Shown: piece after piece, positions 63,048 through 64,000 of the stretch | How positions within the stretch are numbered: position 1 is the first letter of the stretch | How the letters are laid out: every line of letters starts with the position of its first letter | NCBI GenBank assembly: GCA_036263155.1 | Contig: DATAHN010000130.1 | Coordinates: 1,649 to 65,648, forward strand | DNA: 64,000 nucleotides | Reading direction: 5' to 3' | From: Gammaproteobacteria bacterium | Lineage (GTDB): Bacteria; Pseudomonadota; Gammaproteobacteria; Natronospirales; REEB76 | Notes under the pieces: model-generated | Told to the model about the DNA's origin: nothing | The model's database searches: none | Seen by the model: only the letters and a program-made list of their open reading frames with translations | Made by a program: the position numbers and the translations under genes

Positions 63048-64000
63048 TTATAACCCGACGTGGAACCGCCCTACCTCGATGCGGTGGGCATCACCGTTGC
63101 AGCTCAGGCGCAGCACATGATCGCCCGGCAGGAACAACGGCAGCCGGCCGGTCATCACCGCATCGAGCATGTCGTTGCCCTTGTCCTCGATCCTGAGCTC
63201 CTCGAAGCCGAGCCAGGCATGCACCCGCCGCGCGCCGCCGCGGTACCGGATGTGGAACACCGGGCTGCCGTCCTGCTGGGGGTTGAATCCGTGCCCCCAG
63301 CGCGTGGACCGGGGCTCCCACTCCGTCACCTGGATGTCGCAGGGCTGGCTCGGGTTCGCGTCCGAGAGGTAGGAGAGGCCCAGGGACGGGATATCCAGGG
63401 CCCGCTCCGGGTCGCCGTACAGCATCGCCGTGGTGTAGCCGGCGCCGCCCACGAGGTCGGTGCGGAACACCTGCATGTCCGCGTGCCAGCGGTTCACCTG
63501 GCGACAGGTCTCGCTGCGGGTGTCCGGCGCACAGAACCCCGGCGTACCCCGGTCCGGCACCACCAGCAGCCGGCCGTTGCGCATACGCGGGTGCAGTCCC
63601 GGCGGCGGTGTGAACACGTCGAGCTCCGTGGGTCCCTGCACGTGCAGCAGCCCGAGCAGCAGGCGCGGCAGCTCGTACAGCGAAAGGTGCCCAAGCTTGA
63701 GCGGGCCGTTGCGCCCGTCGATCACCAGGAGCGGGGTGCTCTGGTGCACCTCCAGCATGGCCGGCGTGAACTCCTCCTCCCGGAGGCCCGTGAGCCCCGA
63801 GCGGTGGAACGGTGCGAAGCCATCCCCCAGCACCGGCAGGTGATCGCCGAAAGCCACGATCAGCGCATCCGGGTCGCGCGCCCGCAGGCGCTGGATGTAG
63901 GCGGCGAGCTCGGCGGTGTCGTAGTACACGCTGTCGGCATAGCCGTCGATGAGCCTGTCCTTCGAGCTGCCGTGGATACGCGACGGGCGCTTGCGCGCGT
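63048..64000 (-). CDS. sulfatase-fold (alkaline phosphatase superfamily, LTA-synthase/phosphoglycerol-transferase-like) protein, 5-prime end outside the window
   Basis: The reading frame stays open to the window edge. Has FGDHLP and the LSLYELPRLLLGLL context typical of the C-terminal part of sulfatase-fold transferases, plus an extra C-terminal domain of about 140 aa. Confidence 0.6.
   Translation of the reverse strand, partial: ARKRPSRIHGSSKDRLIDGYADSVYYDTAELAAYIQRLRARDPDALIVAFGDHLPVLGDGFAPFHRSGLTGLREEEFTPAMLEVHQSTPLLVIDGRNGPLKLGHLSLYELPRLLLGLLHVQGPTELDVFTPPPGLHPRMRNGRLLVVPDRGTPGFCAPDTRSETCRQVNRWHADMQVFRTDLVGGAGYTTAMLYGDPERALDIPSLGLSYLSDANPSQPCDIQVTEWEPRSTRWGHGFNPQQDGSPVFHIRYRGGARRVHAWLGFEELRIEDKGNDMLDAVMTGRLPLFLPGDHVLRLSCNGDAHRIEVGRFHVGL

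Overview
High-GC, densely coding chromosomal segment of gammaproteobacterial type. I saw no rRNA, tRNA, CRISPR, transposase or integrase. All calls rest on reading the translated ORFs, motifs and gene order by eye; no database search was run. Layout: (1) 44-2637, pcm-like methyltransferase, rhodanese, TolC. (2) 2701-9347, LPS inner-core and lipid A locus: waaA, hldE, lpxL, a GT1 glycosyltransferase, Kdo kinase, a GT9 heptosyltransferase. (3) 9485-16073, ompR/envZ-like two-component pair divergent from an RND efflux pair (MFP plus pump). (4) 16086-22601, a membrane-anchored NERD protein, DUF1761, isoaspartyl peptidase, pmbA, yjgA, purEK. (5) 22602-64000, 35 consecutive genes on the minus strand, many with overlapping stop and start codons. 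This run fuses tldD-yhdP-rng, maf-rlmH-rsfS-nadD-holA, lptE-leuS and lnt-corC-ybeY-phoH-miaB. It contains two accessory insertions: a metal-uptake cassette with no ATPase gene between lptE and holA, and an O-antigen-ligase-family gene with a large periplasmic insertion between lnt and leuS. It ends in an ABC-transporter (Wzm/Wzt) glycan locus. The most unusual content is that glycan locus (about 47.4-64 kb). It carries three sulfotransferase modules. One of them is fused to a coiled-coil, a GT2 domain and a GT4-like domain in a single 1080-aa protein. This suggests a sulfated, possibly sulfate-capped and length-controlled O-polysaccharide pathway. Smaller signals are a perfect 18-bp-arm palindrome in front of rng, a 10-bp-phased TGTATCA direct repeat in the ompR/efflux divergent promoter, two candidate leaderless genes (lpxL, purE), and a composite inverted repeat between convergent genes.
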